DNA from: Protoeuglena noctilucae
Taxonomy: Eukaryota
Direction: 5' to 3'
Assembly (NCBI GenBank): GCA_958009085.1
Contig: OY253677.1
Location: 496,001-560,000, forward strand
Length of the DNA stretch: 64,000 nt
Shown here: in pieces, positions 11,663 to 24,257 of the stretch
Numbering within the stretch: the stretch's first letter is position 1
How the letters are laid out: each line of letters begins with the position of its first letter
The notes under the pieces: model-generated
What the model was told of the DNA's origin: nothing
The model's database searches: none
What the model saw: only the letters and a program-made list of their open reading frames with translations
Made by a program: the position numbers and the translations under genes

Positions 11663-12211
11663 TCACTCGGGCGCGCCCCGGCCGCGCTCGTCCTGCGCGG
11701 GCAGCGAAAAGAGACACCCGCCGTGCGTCGAGACCATAGCGCACCCTCAGGGGCCAAGCACGCGGCGGGAGGAGGCTGCATGACGTGGCATGACTCACCG
11801 AGCCCCCCTTGTCCCTCGTGCCGTAGAACAACGAGCCCCCGATGATGAGCAGAGCGACCGCTTGGAGTGACTTGGCGTTCTGGTACCACTTCTGGCTCGT
11901 CGCCTGCCGCCAAAGGTCCGCTGTGGCGCAGAAGGGCGGGGTCGCCTTGCGCGCGTCGGGATCGAGCACATGCGTGCCCAACAAGCAGCCGCGGATTGGA
12001 TTATGGCTGCAAATGCTACGCCGGAGACCGAAGGCAGCCCGCGCCGCGCCCCAAACGTGTCGGGGGCGTGTGCATTTGCTCTGCACCAGTGGTCCCCCCG
12101 CGCGGGAGCTCGTCTCGCTGTCCAGTGCTCCAGAGTGCACGGCAGGTGACGCAGCTCACCTATGTTATCGTGGCCCGGGGTCCTGCTTAAACCGCTTGGC
12201 TTCCCACGCAT
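11663..12211 (-). CDS. 67-aa single-TM microprotein immediately upstream of MUB
   Basis: Exons 12211-12160, 11920-11799 and 11692-11663 join in frame with GTGAG/CAG sites: MRGKPSGLSRTPGHDNIADLWRQATSQKWYQNAKSLQAVALLIIGGSLFYGTRDKGGSDERGRGAPE*. Confidence 0.7.
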
Positions 12212-12560
12212 GCGCACCTGCACAGACAGGTCCAGCACAGGTCCCAGGCAAGCACGGATGCTGCAGCGACGTCGAACGCGTGACGTTATCTCAGCCGCGA
12301 GAACGGGCGGTCTCGGCACGGCTCAAGGGCGCTTGCGGTGAGCCACAGAGGGTTCTCTGTGGACGCAGCCGTGCAGGAGGACGAGACGCTTCCACAATTT
12401 CTTCTGTCGAGGATTTCGCGGAGCGGGGCCCTCAAGCGCGCTCCGCGGCCCCCTCGTTCTCTCTGGCATCGGGGTATCCCCCGTTTGGCCAGCATAATGG
12501 CCCCCAAAGGCCCCAGGTCTCATTGAGAGCGTGTTCGACTCGCCGATATCACCCGCAGCG

Positions 12561-13693
12561 ATGATCTCGCTGCCCTCCGCCAGCGGATTGGCCGGGGCCC
12601 GGCATGTCAACTTGAGGCCGGCTCGGGCAGCTGTGGCAGGGCCGTTGAGGCCCCTGACCCGCCCCCTGCGCATGGTCCGCTCCGATGCCGCTGCATCGCT
12701 GCCCGCGGACTCCAGCGCGGGCGTGGTGACGACTCTGGACGCGACCGGGCATGCGCTGAGCATCGGAATCGCTGCGTCCATGGCCGCGAAGTTCTATAAT
12801 GGCTCGCTCTTCTCCTGGCACCCGACTCTCATGGCACTGGGCTTTGTAGCGTTCATGGCTATCGGGTAAGAGCGCACTCTACACGGGGGATTCGTGATGC
12901 AGAACCTTGCGCTTATCTCATGTCACAATCCGTCTGCGTCTCTTCTCCGTCGCGATATCGTTCGTTCTGATCCCCGTCCTCAGGATTATGCGGGCGATCG
13001 ACTTCCGCAAGGTCGGCGGGCAGGCCCGTGTCGCGGCGATCTTCATCCATGGTTTCCTCCAAACCGCGGCGATGGCTTGCATATCGCTCGGCTTCGCCGC
13101 CATCTTCCAGGTCCGGCAGTCCTCCTAGGCTCTGCTCCGAGCGGCCTTGTCTCTTGTGCCTCTCGCTGCACCTGACGTAAGCGTCGGAGGTGTCATGTAA
13201 GTGCATACCCAGCCCTGCAAACGATTCTAATCCACCTTGCCGCAGAACAAAATCATCAACGGCAAAGCGCACTTCGTGAGCCAGCACGGAAAGCTGGGCC
13301 TGGCAGCGACGGTGCTCGCGGCCCTCGTGGCCATCGGGGGGGCGTTCGCTTTTAAGAAATTCAAACTGATTGATATGTTCCCCACGGCGATGCAGCCGGT
13401 CATCAAGGAGCGCCACAGGTGCGTGTTTGCCGGCGAGCTGCCGTCCCTCATCCCTCGCACGCCCTTGGCGCGCCCCCTCGACAGCCAACGTGTGACACGT
13501 CCCCACCTGTTGCAGGCAGCTGGGCACAGTCACCCTGCTCCTGGCCATCGTGGTGACGTTCATGGGCATCAGCTACCCCCACATGGCCCGGGGGGCGTTC
13601 ACCCCTGCTTGGCAGGCCGGGCTCGTGGGACTGGCGGGCGTGATCCTGGGCAAGAGCTACGTCCAGCGGATCCAGCGCCCGGCCAAGAAGTGA
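12561..13693 (+). CDS. Cytochrome b561 family protein (CYB561D-like)
   Basis: Heme-ligand His motifs LFSWHPTLM, FIHGFLQ, HFVSQHGKLG and KERHR|QLG; multiple TM helices; three introns. Start uncertain. Confidence 0.85.
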
Positions 13694-13767
13694 CGCGTGG
13701 TGTTTAAGCAGCGGAGAGTGATCCCACACCCATAGCGACAGCGTTGAAACACAGAGACTCTGACGTA

Positions 13768-15694
13768 CTAGGGCCCCAGGCCCACGCCCCCCACCGCAAG
13801 CGCGTCCGGCCCCGCTCCCGTCGCACTGCCCAGCAGTCCCAAGTCAAAGTCCGCCGCGCGCCGCGACGACGAACGCGACCCCTGGCGCAAACTGCCGCGG
13901 GACGCGCCCGCACCGACCGACGTCCTGCGCGTGACGCCCCCCCGAGCCACCTCGTCCCCCTCCGCCCGGACTGTGAGCCCCGACGTCGCTCGCAGCAGCC
14001 CGTGTGGCGCCACCGACAGCAGCCCTGCCAGGTCCCTGTCCCCAGGACTCTCCGCGGCCTGCCCCCACGGCCGGCTCACGGCCCCACGCCTGCGCCCCGC
14101 ACTGGCCACCTTGGCGGGCAGCGGGTGCGGGCCCGAAGCAGACGCCGTCCGGTAGAACTCGCCCTCGGTCCCCGGCCGCACCCCACCCGCGTCGCCCTGG
14201 TCGCCCTGGTCAGCCCTCCCCGCCCCAGCCCGCGTGCCCCGCACCGCCATCCCCTCCCACACATCCACCGTCCCAGGCCCACCCCCGACCCTCGGGCGCC
14301 CCTGGCCGGCACCAGACCCAGCCGCAGACGCCGCTCGACGTCCCCGCCGCGGCGCGCCCTCCGTGGATCGCCCGTGGATGGAAGGCGAGGCGTCTGCCCT
14401 GCTCGCGTCCCCGTTCCCGTCACCCCCAGCGCCCCTCGCACCCCTCTCCCGCAGCCCTCCCAGCTCAGCCCCCGCCTCGCCGCTTCCCGCGTCCCCGTCC
14501 GGGCGCGCGGGCGCGAGTGATGCGGGCGCGGGCGACGTGGGCGCAAGCAGGTCGCGCTCTGCGGGCTGCTCGGAGTCTCCCGGCATTGATTGGACCACGA
14601 AGGGGTGCTGGGGGTGGGCCCCTCGAGCAAAACACGAGGAGCAGAGGTTGAAGGATGCGCAGACGACGCAGCGGTGCCGGGGGCCCGTCAGTGGGCTCTC
14701 GCGGCAGCCGCCGCAGACGACGCCGTAGTGACTGGCGGGGTCACGCTCGTGCCGGGGTACACGCGCGTGCACGGCCGGAGGGCGAAAGGTGGGTTTCCAG
14801 GTGAAGTCTCCCCAGTCGTTGCGGCACAGCGGGCACGACAGCTCCTTCCCGAGCGACGCTTGATGGTCGGCCCACACCCGCATACACCGGCCGTGCACGT
14901 TGCGACCGCAGCCCCACCGACTGCGCGGGCGGGAGAGGCGTCGGGCGGCATCGCGTGCGAACAGTGCGTGAGTCCCATGCGCGCTGCCGCTGGCCGACGC
15001 ACCAGTGCACCACGTCGGCCAAGGGGGCGGCGTCGAGGCACTCATAGCAGATGGGGCAGCTCTCGTCCGGCTCGATCGTGCGGCGCGCCACCTCCCCCGG
15101 CGCGAGCGCCGGCTCGTCGGGCGTCGCGGCGACCGCAGCGGGGGGCGCCCTGCTCTGCACCCGGGGTGCCTGCAGCGGCAAAAGCGACCTCGATGGAGCC
15201 ATGCTGGATGCAGGGAACCGGCATCCCCCCCGGCGCCGCCCCGGGGCTGCGAAAACGCACCTCTGCGCATCTCAAAACCTCATCGAGCTCTCGGTCGATG
15301 AGGCTGAGCTGCCACACGATCGGGTTGCTCTCGGGGACGCGCAAGACCCGCACGAGGACGAACAACATGTGGACGCACAGCTCGGACGGGGGACCCCGCG
15401 CGCTAGACGGCTGACACGTGCAAGAGGGAGACGCGCCGATGCGCACCCTGCGAGGCGGGGCACAGGACGCGCTGTGAATTTGGAAACGCCCAAGTGTCAT
15501 TTCACCAGCGCGCGCCGGGCCTCCGCTCGCCTCCGCTTGACCTCGCTTCCCTCTTCCCGAACCAAGAAGCTGGTGGGGCCGAGGCGCTGAACGACAAACA
15601 TCGTCAGCTCTCGCAGCGCGGCCAAGTGGTCCCGCACAGCCTGCGGGCGACGACGAACACCAGCGGCTTCCATGTCTCGCGCTTGCCATCGCAT
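13768..15694 (-). CDS. SWIM-RING-ZZ zinc-finger E3 ligase (ZSWIM2-like)
   Basis: SWIM CTC..LCVH; RING CPIC..C.WGCGRNVHGRC..CPLC; ZZ CGGC..HRCVVCASFNLCSSC..HPQH. Start approximate. Confidence 0.88.
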
Positions 15695-16216
15695 GGTAGA
15701 CAGCATGCGCATCGCTTTCGCTTTCGATATTCAGACGGCCCGCCTTTCGCGGAGAAAGCGCGGCATTGGTCGAACCGCGCAGAACGCACCTGCGTCGGCT
15801 TGGCGCGGAACGGGCACACCCTCTCCGACATGGCTGCCAACGTCTTCACATATAAGCCTCTTTGCGGGCGGGTAGCGCCACGAGAGCGCGGCTGCACGTG
15901 CCCCCTCGGCCGAGGCACTGCGAGCCTCTGCGAGCCTGTGCGAAACCGACCGGTGCCGCTGCCAAGCAGCCCAGCCTGGCTACAAGCAACAAAGATGACT
16001 CGTCACGTCGTGCGTTTTCAAGATCACGAGGCCAAACCGGGCCAGAGTACGTCAGGAAGCACCTTGTTTCCGACAAGGTACGTGATGCGCGTGTAACAGA
16101 GCGTTTCCGTAAGCAACACAAAAGATCGAGAACAGCGAGAGAGATAAAGAGACCTCTGCGCCCCGGCGCGCCATACACCGCTACAACCGGGGTGGCGCCG
16201 CACGCGGGCGGGGCCG

Positions 16217-19200
16217 TCACTCTTGGCCTGTGGTGGGTGCCGTGGGCGCCCTAGTCTCCTCCGTCGACGCGACGTTCGCCTTCCCGCGGATGGAGCGCGT
16301 CTGCAGATCGAGCTGCACCAACTCCACGGGCGGCCGGCTCGCGGAGCCGTGGGACCCCGCCTCGACGTCGTGGTCCGGGCCCACCCTGCGACGAGGGCCG
16401 GGAACGAGAGCCTTTTATTGCTTTGGGTAAACCTCATCGCAGTAGACGTCGTAACATGGGGGCACACACGGCTTCGCTTTGACAGCCCGCCGCTGGGTAT
16501 CGAAAGCGCACCTGGACTTGCGGAAGCCCGTGGGGCGCCCCTTGGCGGTCGTGACGCTCACGGGCTTGGCGCCGGCGGCGTGGTCGCGAGCGGGCTCCAA
16601 TCGGCTCTGGAACACCTGCTCGAAATTGACGTCGTCTCCCGACCTGATAAACCGCTCGAATCTCTCCAGGCGGTCGGCGTTGATGTTCCTCTGGCTGCCC
16701 TGCCGCAGGGCGTTCCTGCAGAGAAGAGGGTGGGTTGAGCGGTCGCGGCCAAGTCACTGGTTGACGAAATGTTCTTGTAGCTTAGTTGCTGAGACGCTGC
16801 CGGGTTCCCTGATAGGCATATCCATAACCACGACCATGACCATTGCCACACCCTCAGCAAGTGCGTCTGCCCGCCACTTCCCCTCACCTGAGCTTCTGCG
16901 CCTCCTTCATGATGTTCTGGCTCCCGCTCATGGGGCTGGAGATGTTGCCGCGCAGCTCCCCGATCACCAGCCGCATCTCCCCGCCACTTCGGGGGCTCAT
17001 TACGCCCCTCGGTGTGCACGTGCCCGACGGCACGTTCTCGCCCTCGGCCACGCTGCCCACAGCACGCGTGCCCGTGGTGCAGTTGTGCATGTCGACCCAC
17101 TTGACGAACGTGGCGATGCACCGGTCCCGCAGGTCCTGAGCGATGGGGGGCAGAAGAGAAGACAACAGGGCCACGAGGGGCGCGGTGGTCGACTCGAGCT
17201 CGGACAGCTGCCACTGCGGGGTGATGGTGCGGATCAGCGACACGCAGCCGTCCTCTGCCTTGGCGACGGTGATGAAGTCCATGGCGGGGATCCCGAAGGC
17301 CTCGGACGTCGCTAACTCCGCCACCACCTGCGCGGTGCGGGTGCATCGAGCGAGCAGGTGATGATTGAGCGCGTGGTCATGGTCATGGTGCGACGGTGTG
17401 CGCTAGCATGTGAAACATGTTAGTAGAAGCATAATGAGGCAGGTGGATAAGACACGCGATGGGATGCATGGGTGGCGCGGCGATGGATGCGCCCGTCTCT
17501 CACAATCCCAACCGATGCGCCAATTTCACACCGTGACCAAAGCATGCTCTTCAAACTCGCCTCTTCCGTCTGTCGGAACCCCCACTGCAGTGCCTCCTCG
17601 GGTGGTTTGAACAGCGGGGCCTGCTGGGCCAGGCGCATGAGGGACTTCTGCAGCGTGAGCATGCTGGTCGAAGAGAACCACCAGATGTCCTGCGATGGAT
17701 GAATGCCGATGCGATGCACAGCATATCAGGCGCTCTGAGAAGACAGGTGAAACTCCACGGGGCAGGCAACACACAAACGCGCATGTTCAGGTGTTCTCCT
17801 CCCGTCACCTTGCGGCTGTCCTGGTCGCCCTGGATGCGCTTGCGGGACAGCTTGGTCAGCCAGTGCCGGTTGCGCGCCACCATCATCTGTGAGGGCAGCG
17901 ACTCTGCTTGGGTCAGCCAGGGCGCCGCTGGAGGGTGTTACCTCATGCAACATGACAAGTGATGTCACACATGACAACACAAGTGACCCTCACCTGCTCG
18001 CACAGGCACCTGCCATGGCATGTCCCTCACCACCAGCTCCATCTCACAGCCCACCAGCCACTTGTCTCACCTCCAGCTCCATGTCGAAGTCCAGTCTCCT
18101 GCCCCCGTCCGTGGCCAGCATCGTCTTGAGGATGACGCGGCGTATCTCGCGCCTCTCGTCCGCACTCATGGAAGCAAAGATGTCACGGGAAGGGCTGCTG
18201 GCTGCCACCTCGAACACTGCAGGGGTGGGGATGGCATTAAGCAGTTGTCGAAACTCAGCTGCTACATCCAGACAGCAGGACGCTACGACACCGGTGGCGT
18301 GTTGTCGCACTCGCCCACGTCGCAACCGCACCCCCACGCACCCAACATCGCATGCGTGATTGCCCTCACCCGTCGCGGCGGCCAGGTTCTCCAGGGGACT
18401 GGAGTCGTTGAATCTGACAGCGATGGGGTCGCCCTTGGCGATGAGGAAGGCGTTGGACAGTCCAGGGGAGCTCACGTAACTCGCCAGTGCCCCGACCAAG
18501 AGGGCCATCATGTTGAGGGGAGTCATGCGGTCCAGGCCACCCCGCGTGATGAGCCAGTACATCATGTGCATCGTCTCCACCGCCTTCCACGCGTTGTGGT
18601 AGGGCTTCTCCGCGTGGCGGCTGCACGCAGAGGCATGAAAATGCGGGGTGGGGCGTCGTGACTCAGCCAAACCAGCAGCCGTGCGACGATCCATGACGAT
18701 ACATGAGCGTGGGCGGCGACAGCACAAGGAGCATGTGCATGTAACCGAGTCACAAGACCATGCCAGCCCCGCCCGCCCCGCCAACTTCCCCCCCTGCACT
18801 TGGGTCAGTACCGTCGCAGGCCCAGGCACCCCGACAGGGCAAGTCCCCCACCTGAGTATCTCCTTCGCCCACTCCGAGAAGGCCTTGTGGCTGCAGAGGC
18901 TGTCCGGGATGCGGGACTTGAACCAGATGGCCTTGGCTGCCCCGTGCAGCTCCGCCAGGTCGAAGGCCATGGTCGACCACTCGAGTGTCCCCAGCCGCGG
19001 GAACACCTTGGGGGGATGGAGCGGTCCGTGTGCTCTTGCGCGTCCTGGGAACGAGGCGGGATGGAGAGAGGGATGAAGTCAAGTGTACTTTTGTAATGTT
19101 TGTTGTAATCTTTACAACGCTATGCCATCAAATAGACGGGCCAGTGGGGGTATGCATGCCCCATGCACATCCCACTCGCGCACCTTCTTCCTGACCAGCA

Positions 19201-21430
19201 GCGTCCCCGAGGTGGTGGGGTTCTGGGAGAACGCCAGGTACGACACCAGGGCATCCCCCATCGACCCGGGGGCGTTCCCCGCCCGCCACGTCTGCGCACG
19301 GTCCGCCAGGAGACCACGGAGGTGGGCCCTGCGATGGTAAGGGAAGCACGCAAAGTTGACTAATCAATTGGCACCCGTGCAGTTCAATGGCACAGTTGAC
19401 TGACGGACTGCAGATGAAGGGCACGAGGGTCTAGAGCTCGCCATGCTCACTACAGCTCATCCCATGCCACGCTCACCACAGCTCATCCCATGCCATGCTC
19501 ACCTCAGCGCCACGAGCGCCAGTCCCAGGAGTCGGTACACGGCCCGGTGGATGCCGATGGACTCCACCACCGCGTTGCTGCCCTCGTTCAGAGCCTCCAG
19601 GGACTTCTTCCTCGTGTCGCCGCCCACTGCAAACACGATGCACATGTTGAGGTTAGGCGATGCGATGCAATCGGAAATTGGCTTAAATAGGCAGTCGATG
19701 TCATCAGAGTCGGCGTCGAAGTCAGTGTTTGCATGCAACCATCATGCTTAAGCAACACCCAAACGCATGAAGCCTCACCGGAGTCGGCGTCGAAGTCTGC
19801 GGTGCTGTTGCTGGTCACGTGACCACTATCATCCAGGAACGACGCGGCCAGGAAGATGCCCTGGAGGGAATCTTTGAGCGGGGCAAAGACGGCGCGGTGC
19901 ACCACCCGCAAGAGAAGGGCGTGGATGCACACGCACGCCACAATCAGCGCGGCCTTGACGGCCGAAGAGACAATCACGTGGCTACTCCTGCGGGGGTGAG
20001 GGTGGGGGTGGGCATTGGTTGGTGGGGCATGTTAGCAAGAACGAGCCACGATGGCAGCGAAACTAAGCACGAGAAGCCGGGCTCAGCAGAGGCAGAGACA
20101 GGCGCAGTGGTCGAGTCATGTCGGCGCTCGCCGTGGTATCAAACATGGATCTTCAGGTCTCCCCACACAGTTTGCAAAGCAACTGTCCCACCTGAGTCGG
20201 TCGATGCCTAGCACCACCGTGACACCGTACAGGTCGGTGCTGTAGATGACGGCCTGGGACCTATGCTGGAGTGGCGTGAGGGGAGCCAGGGTCAAATTCA
20301 CACCCACGCCCGTGCCGTCCAGGTACACCTGCGGCGATGATGGGGCTGGCAGTCTACGCACTGCAGCTGAACACAGCTGACGCGCCATCTCCACCCCCAC
20401 CGCTGCTCTCCGTCCCCCCAGTCGGCTCTCACCAGGTCGTACTGCGGGTAGCCCGCCACCGCGCTCAGGATCGAGGCCTTGAGCTCCCCCAGCTGCGTTG
20501 CGTCCCCCGCCCCCACCACCCGCGCAAACGTGGCCACCTCGGTCGACAGCCGGATGCTCAGCTCGCGCACGTAGTCACCCGTGCTCGCGGTCAGCACGCA
20601 GAGCATCAGCGCGAGGCCCAGCACTGCGGGCGCGAAAGCGTTTGCGTTATGTTAACCCCTCCAATGACCTGCCAAGCTTTGCCAAGCTTGGTAGTGCCAC
20701 ACGCCCTGCACGCCTTGCAAGCCAAGCCCCTCACCCATCGACACCCAGACGAGGCATACGCTGCCCTGGAGCACGGACGCCTGCTCGTGGCCCAGGAGGT
20801 CCTCAGCAGCGGACAGCCTCCCCCGCACGGCGCGTTCGTGGTAGAAGCGCAACGTGACGCGTGCGTAGGCCAGCGCACCCATGACCAGGAACGCCGCGGC
20901 GGTGAGCACCGAGAAACCCACGAGGGCGCTCTCGTCCAGGCCCCTTTCGGACGCCACCTCCGCCCGCACGGGGTGGTTGGGCTCGGTGGAGCTTATGGGC
21001 AGCGCGAGAGAGTAGAAACCCAGGCAGGCGCCGAGGGCCAGGCAGCAGAGGGTCTGCACCGCGGCCCACACCCAGTCGAGGCTCACGCGCCGCTCGCGGC
21101 GGGAGCGGGCGCGGATGGCTGCGGGAGAGAGGCGTCGGCAGATGGTTGTTCGCGGTGTTTGTGCGATTCGGCAGATATTCCGGCCCGAGCATCGGCGGAG
21201 GCGGCACCTTGAACGGTGAGGAGGTCCGCGAACCACACGGCGAGCACTGCGCTGAAGACGCCGAGGACGAAAGGCCTCGCATCGTGGTTGCGGTCCCCCG
21301 GCCCGTACGCCAGCCACGCGATGGCGACCGTGAAGGACGCGAGCAGGGCCGTCGCAATCAGGAAGACTGCGAGAAGTGTAACCGCTGTGTTCGCATCCAG
21401 CGCGGCGTCGCGCGGGCGCGGGAGAGGCAC
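16217..21430 (-). CDS. Multi-pass membrane protein with a degenerate class I cyclic-nucleotide phosphodiesterase domain
   Basis: PYHN, PGLSNAFLI..DPIAVRFNDSSPLEN and RRVILKTMLATD match the PDEase_I layout. N-terminal exons are strongly hydrophobic. About 15 exons; true start unresolved. Confidence 0.8.
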
Positions 21431-22792
21431 GCGTCTGCAACGGACCTGCCCATGGCCGCGAGTGCAGCGCCCGGAATATGCGGTTGTTCCACGGGGCCGC
21501 GTGGTAATTGCGCTCGAGGATGGACCCTATCTGCAGGTGGAGCGCCCGCTTGGCGTCCGAGATGATGTGTATGGGGTCGCTCCCATGCTCCCCTGTGTTT
21601 CCCGGGATATCTTCAGCTAGGGGCGTCTTCCCCTGCGGTATGGGATAGAGATGCAGCGTAGCGTTTGAGGAGAGTTGTCGATAACAGGCACGGGGCGTGA
21701 CGGGAGGAACCATGGCTGCGGGCTGCGCTGCGGTGGCCAGCACGCGCGCGAGGACCCGCATCATGGCCGCGACGGCACATTGCGCTAGGAAGAGGCAGGT
21801 GAACGAGCGTATGCCGCACCTCCAGCGCCCTCTTCGACCTCCTCATTGGCGCGCCATGACACCGCCACCGGCCAAACGGCCGAACTGCGGACACCACGCG
21901 ATGCGCAAGAGTCAAGAGCACGACGAGGGGCATCCATGTCGCCCAGCGCACGGCCCTGTTGAATGTTTGGGGGTGGCCCACTCCGCAGCGTGGCTTTCTA
22001 GATTTTTCTAGCCCCAGCGCGCTGCGAGGACTCGCGGGGGACCCCCGCGAGACTTACGCGGGCTTATCAAGTCATTGTTATCGCGCACACGAGGGGGGGG
22101 GAAGCCGCAGGAAGCCGCAATTCACCCTACAAGGGCCCTTGGCCTGTGGAGGGCGCCCCAGGCCCCTCGTCACGTCCCAATTGCTATTACTTGGAACACA
22201 AAGGCCCGATGCTAGGTGGTGCAGCGTTAAACACAGTCTACAGCGCACAGAAATGGGACGACGTGAGAAATGGCGTCATTCCAGGAGCAAAGGCCTGCTA
22301 ATATTCGTTGGTAGCTTGTTTTCGCACCCATTCAAGCGTCAAAGAGACAAACGAACTTTTCCTTCGTGCCAGTTTTTTCGTTTCAAATGTCGGGGACGTC
22401 TCTGGGACGGGCCCGGCAACCCCACTGCAGGTGCAGGCCTCCACAAGGACGCTACAGGAGGATGGCGTTGCATAGGGATTGGACTGACGCCACGCAGGTT
22501 GCTTCTTCCTCAAGGGCGCTTGTTCCACAGCACCCCCGCGCTCGCCACGACGGCTAGTCCTGGCTACAGCTTTGAAAAAAGGCGTAGTTTTTCAGGGATG
22601 CTGGGGTTGAGCGCTGCTTCGCATTTGAAAGCTTTGTCCAGGTTCCATGCAGCGACATCTGGCGTTGTCTGGCGAGCTTTTTAGCCGGCTGGTGGCCTGC
22701 GGGAGCAGCATTTCGTCGCTTTTGCGTCATCATTCACATTCTTGACCCGTCCAGCTGGTGGATCTAGCCTCGTGCCGTAGAGAGGGGCCAGG

Positions 22793-23914
22793 ATGGCCGC
22801 GCCCAATGATGTCATGACCGTGGAAGAGTATGCCGAGTTGAAAAGACGTGGCTTCCCTCCCGGAGGAATGATAAACGGACATTCTCGGACGAAGCTCGTG
22901 GCTGCGGCGACAAGGAGGGGGTGGGGAATGTTCACGGACGCCGATGGCAAGCTGTGCAAACAGGTTGATCCAGATGACAGGCGCTTAAGGGTGCGGAGAG
23001 AGAAGTTGGGTCGTTGCTCCTTCTACTATCGTGTCCTGGTCACGTTTCGCGTTACGTCTGCCGCCCAGCTGTGGCTGCAGGTTTTGCCCTTTCACCAATG
23101 GGAGGACCTGTGGACAAACGTTTTAAGGCCCCGCAGTCACGTCGATTTTCACGAAAGTCTGACTCCTTACCAAGCTTTAAAGGCTGAGCTGGCAGCGTCC
23201 CGCGAACACGTTACTGAGCTCCAGGACCGGATCGCGGCCCTCCAGCCGCACGGGGCGCAGGTCCTGGAGCTCGAGGCGCAGGCCGAGGCATTTCGAGAGC
23301 GGATCGCGGCCCTCGAGCCGCTTGAGGCGCAGGTCCTGGCACTTCAAGAGCGGATCGCGGCCCTCGAGCCGCTCGAGGCGCAGGTCGCGGCCCTCCAGGA
23401 GCGGAACGCGGCCCTCCAGGAGCGGAACGCTGCTATCCAGGAGCAGATTGCGGCCCTCCAGCCGCACGAGGCGCAGGTCCTGGAGCTCGAGGCGCAGGCC
23501 GAGGCATTTCGAGAGCGGATCGCGGCCCTCGAGCCGGTCGAGGCGCAGGTCGCGGCCCTCCAGGAGCGGAACGCGGCCCTCCAGGAGCAGAACGCGGCCC
23601 TTGAGGAGAAGCTGCGCCTGGCTAAGGTGGCACATGACGAGGAGGTCCAGCGGCTGAACGAGGACATGGCGAGGCTTGGAGGTCTGGATGGAGGCGTGGG
23701 CGAGGGCGAGAGCGAGAGCAAGAGCGAGAGCGGAGCTGGGAATGTGGTCGGGGGCGCGGCCGCGGGCGCTGGCGCGCAGGAGGTCGCTGGGCCCAGTGAG
23801 ACCGAGCCGACGCAGACCGTCGCCGCTGCAAACGGTCGGGATGGGGGGCGCGCGGACCAGGACACCGCCGGCACCCAGGACGTTGTCAAGAGCAGCCCCA
23901 AGGCCGATGCCTAA
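22793..23914 (+). CDS. Orphan coiled-coil repeat protein (373 aa, or 343 aa if the in-frame intron 22991-23080 is spliced)
   Basis: Long ATG-initiated ORF with GC3-rich codons and internal heptad repeats ERIAALEPLEAQVAALQ. Confidence 0.75.
   Translation: MAAPNDVMTVEEYAELKRRGFPPGGMINGHSRTKLVAAATRRGWGMFTDADGKLCKQVDPDDRRLRVRREKLGRCSFYYRVLVTFRVTSAAQLWLQVLPFHQWEDLWTNVLRPRSHVDFHESLTPYQALKAELAASREHVTELQDRIAALQPHGAQVLELEAQAEAFRERIAALEPLEAQVLALQERIAALEPLEAQVAALQERNAALQERNAAIQEQIAALQPHEAQVLELEAQAEAFRERIAALEPVEAQVAALQERNAALQEQNAALEEKLRLAKVAHDEEVQRLNEDMARLGGLDGGVGEGESESKSESGAGNVVGGAAAGAGAQEVAGPSETEPTQTVAAANGRDGGRADQDTAGTQDVVKSSPKADA
23225..23601 (+). repeat. Coding tandem repeats built from 21/42-nt units
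   Basis: GCGGCCCTCCAGGAGCGGAAC and CGGATCGCGGCCCTCGAGCCG..GAGGCGCAGGTC recur. The block near 23235-23320 is duplicated near 23450-23536. Confidence 0.9.
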
Positions 23915-24257
23915 GCAGGTGGGCCTCACATGCCCTGCTCTGTCCGTGTGCATGGTGTCGCGTGGTGCAACGCTGCCCCACACCAAAAGGGTGCCCTTCG
24001 TCGTGTCTGCAGCTGCTATTTTGGACGAGCGCCCTTCAAGTCCAGGCAGTGCGCTGGAGAGGGCAGTGAGGCCCCTCGGGACGGGACAGGAGGGATTCCA
24101 ACTTAGCCGTGCGTAGCGGACCAGTAGCCAGAGATGCCCAGATGTCGTGATGGCGTAGAGGTTCGCATGTGATGCGTGTCCGTAGGCTCGCTTCAAGCAT
24201 GGCCGCAGGAGTCCTGCCCAACCCACAGCTCTACTGAGCTCGCCACGACAGCAAGCC

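Noticed and set aside
21613..22684. ORFs 21959-22684(+) and 21613-21981(-); possible transposon ends
   Set aside because: No coding bias or motifs, and no terminal inverted repeats, LTRs or target-site duplication could be identified by eye.
23225..23601. CRISPR-like repeat array
   Set aside because: The repeats are contiguous, in frame, lack unique spacers, and there are no cas genes. The context is eukaryotic.
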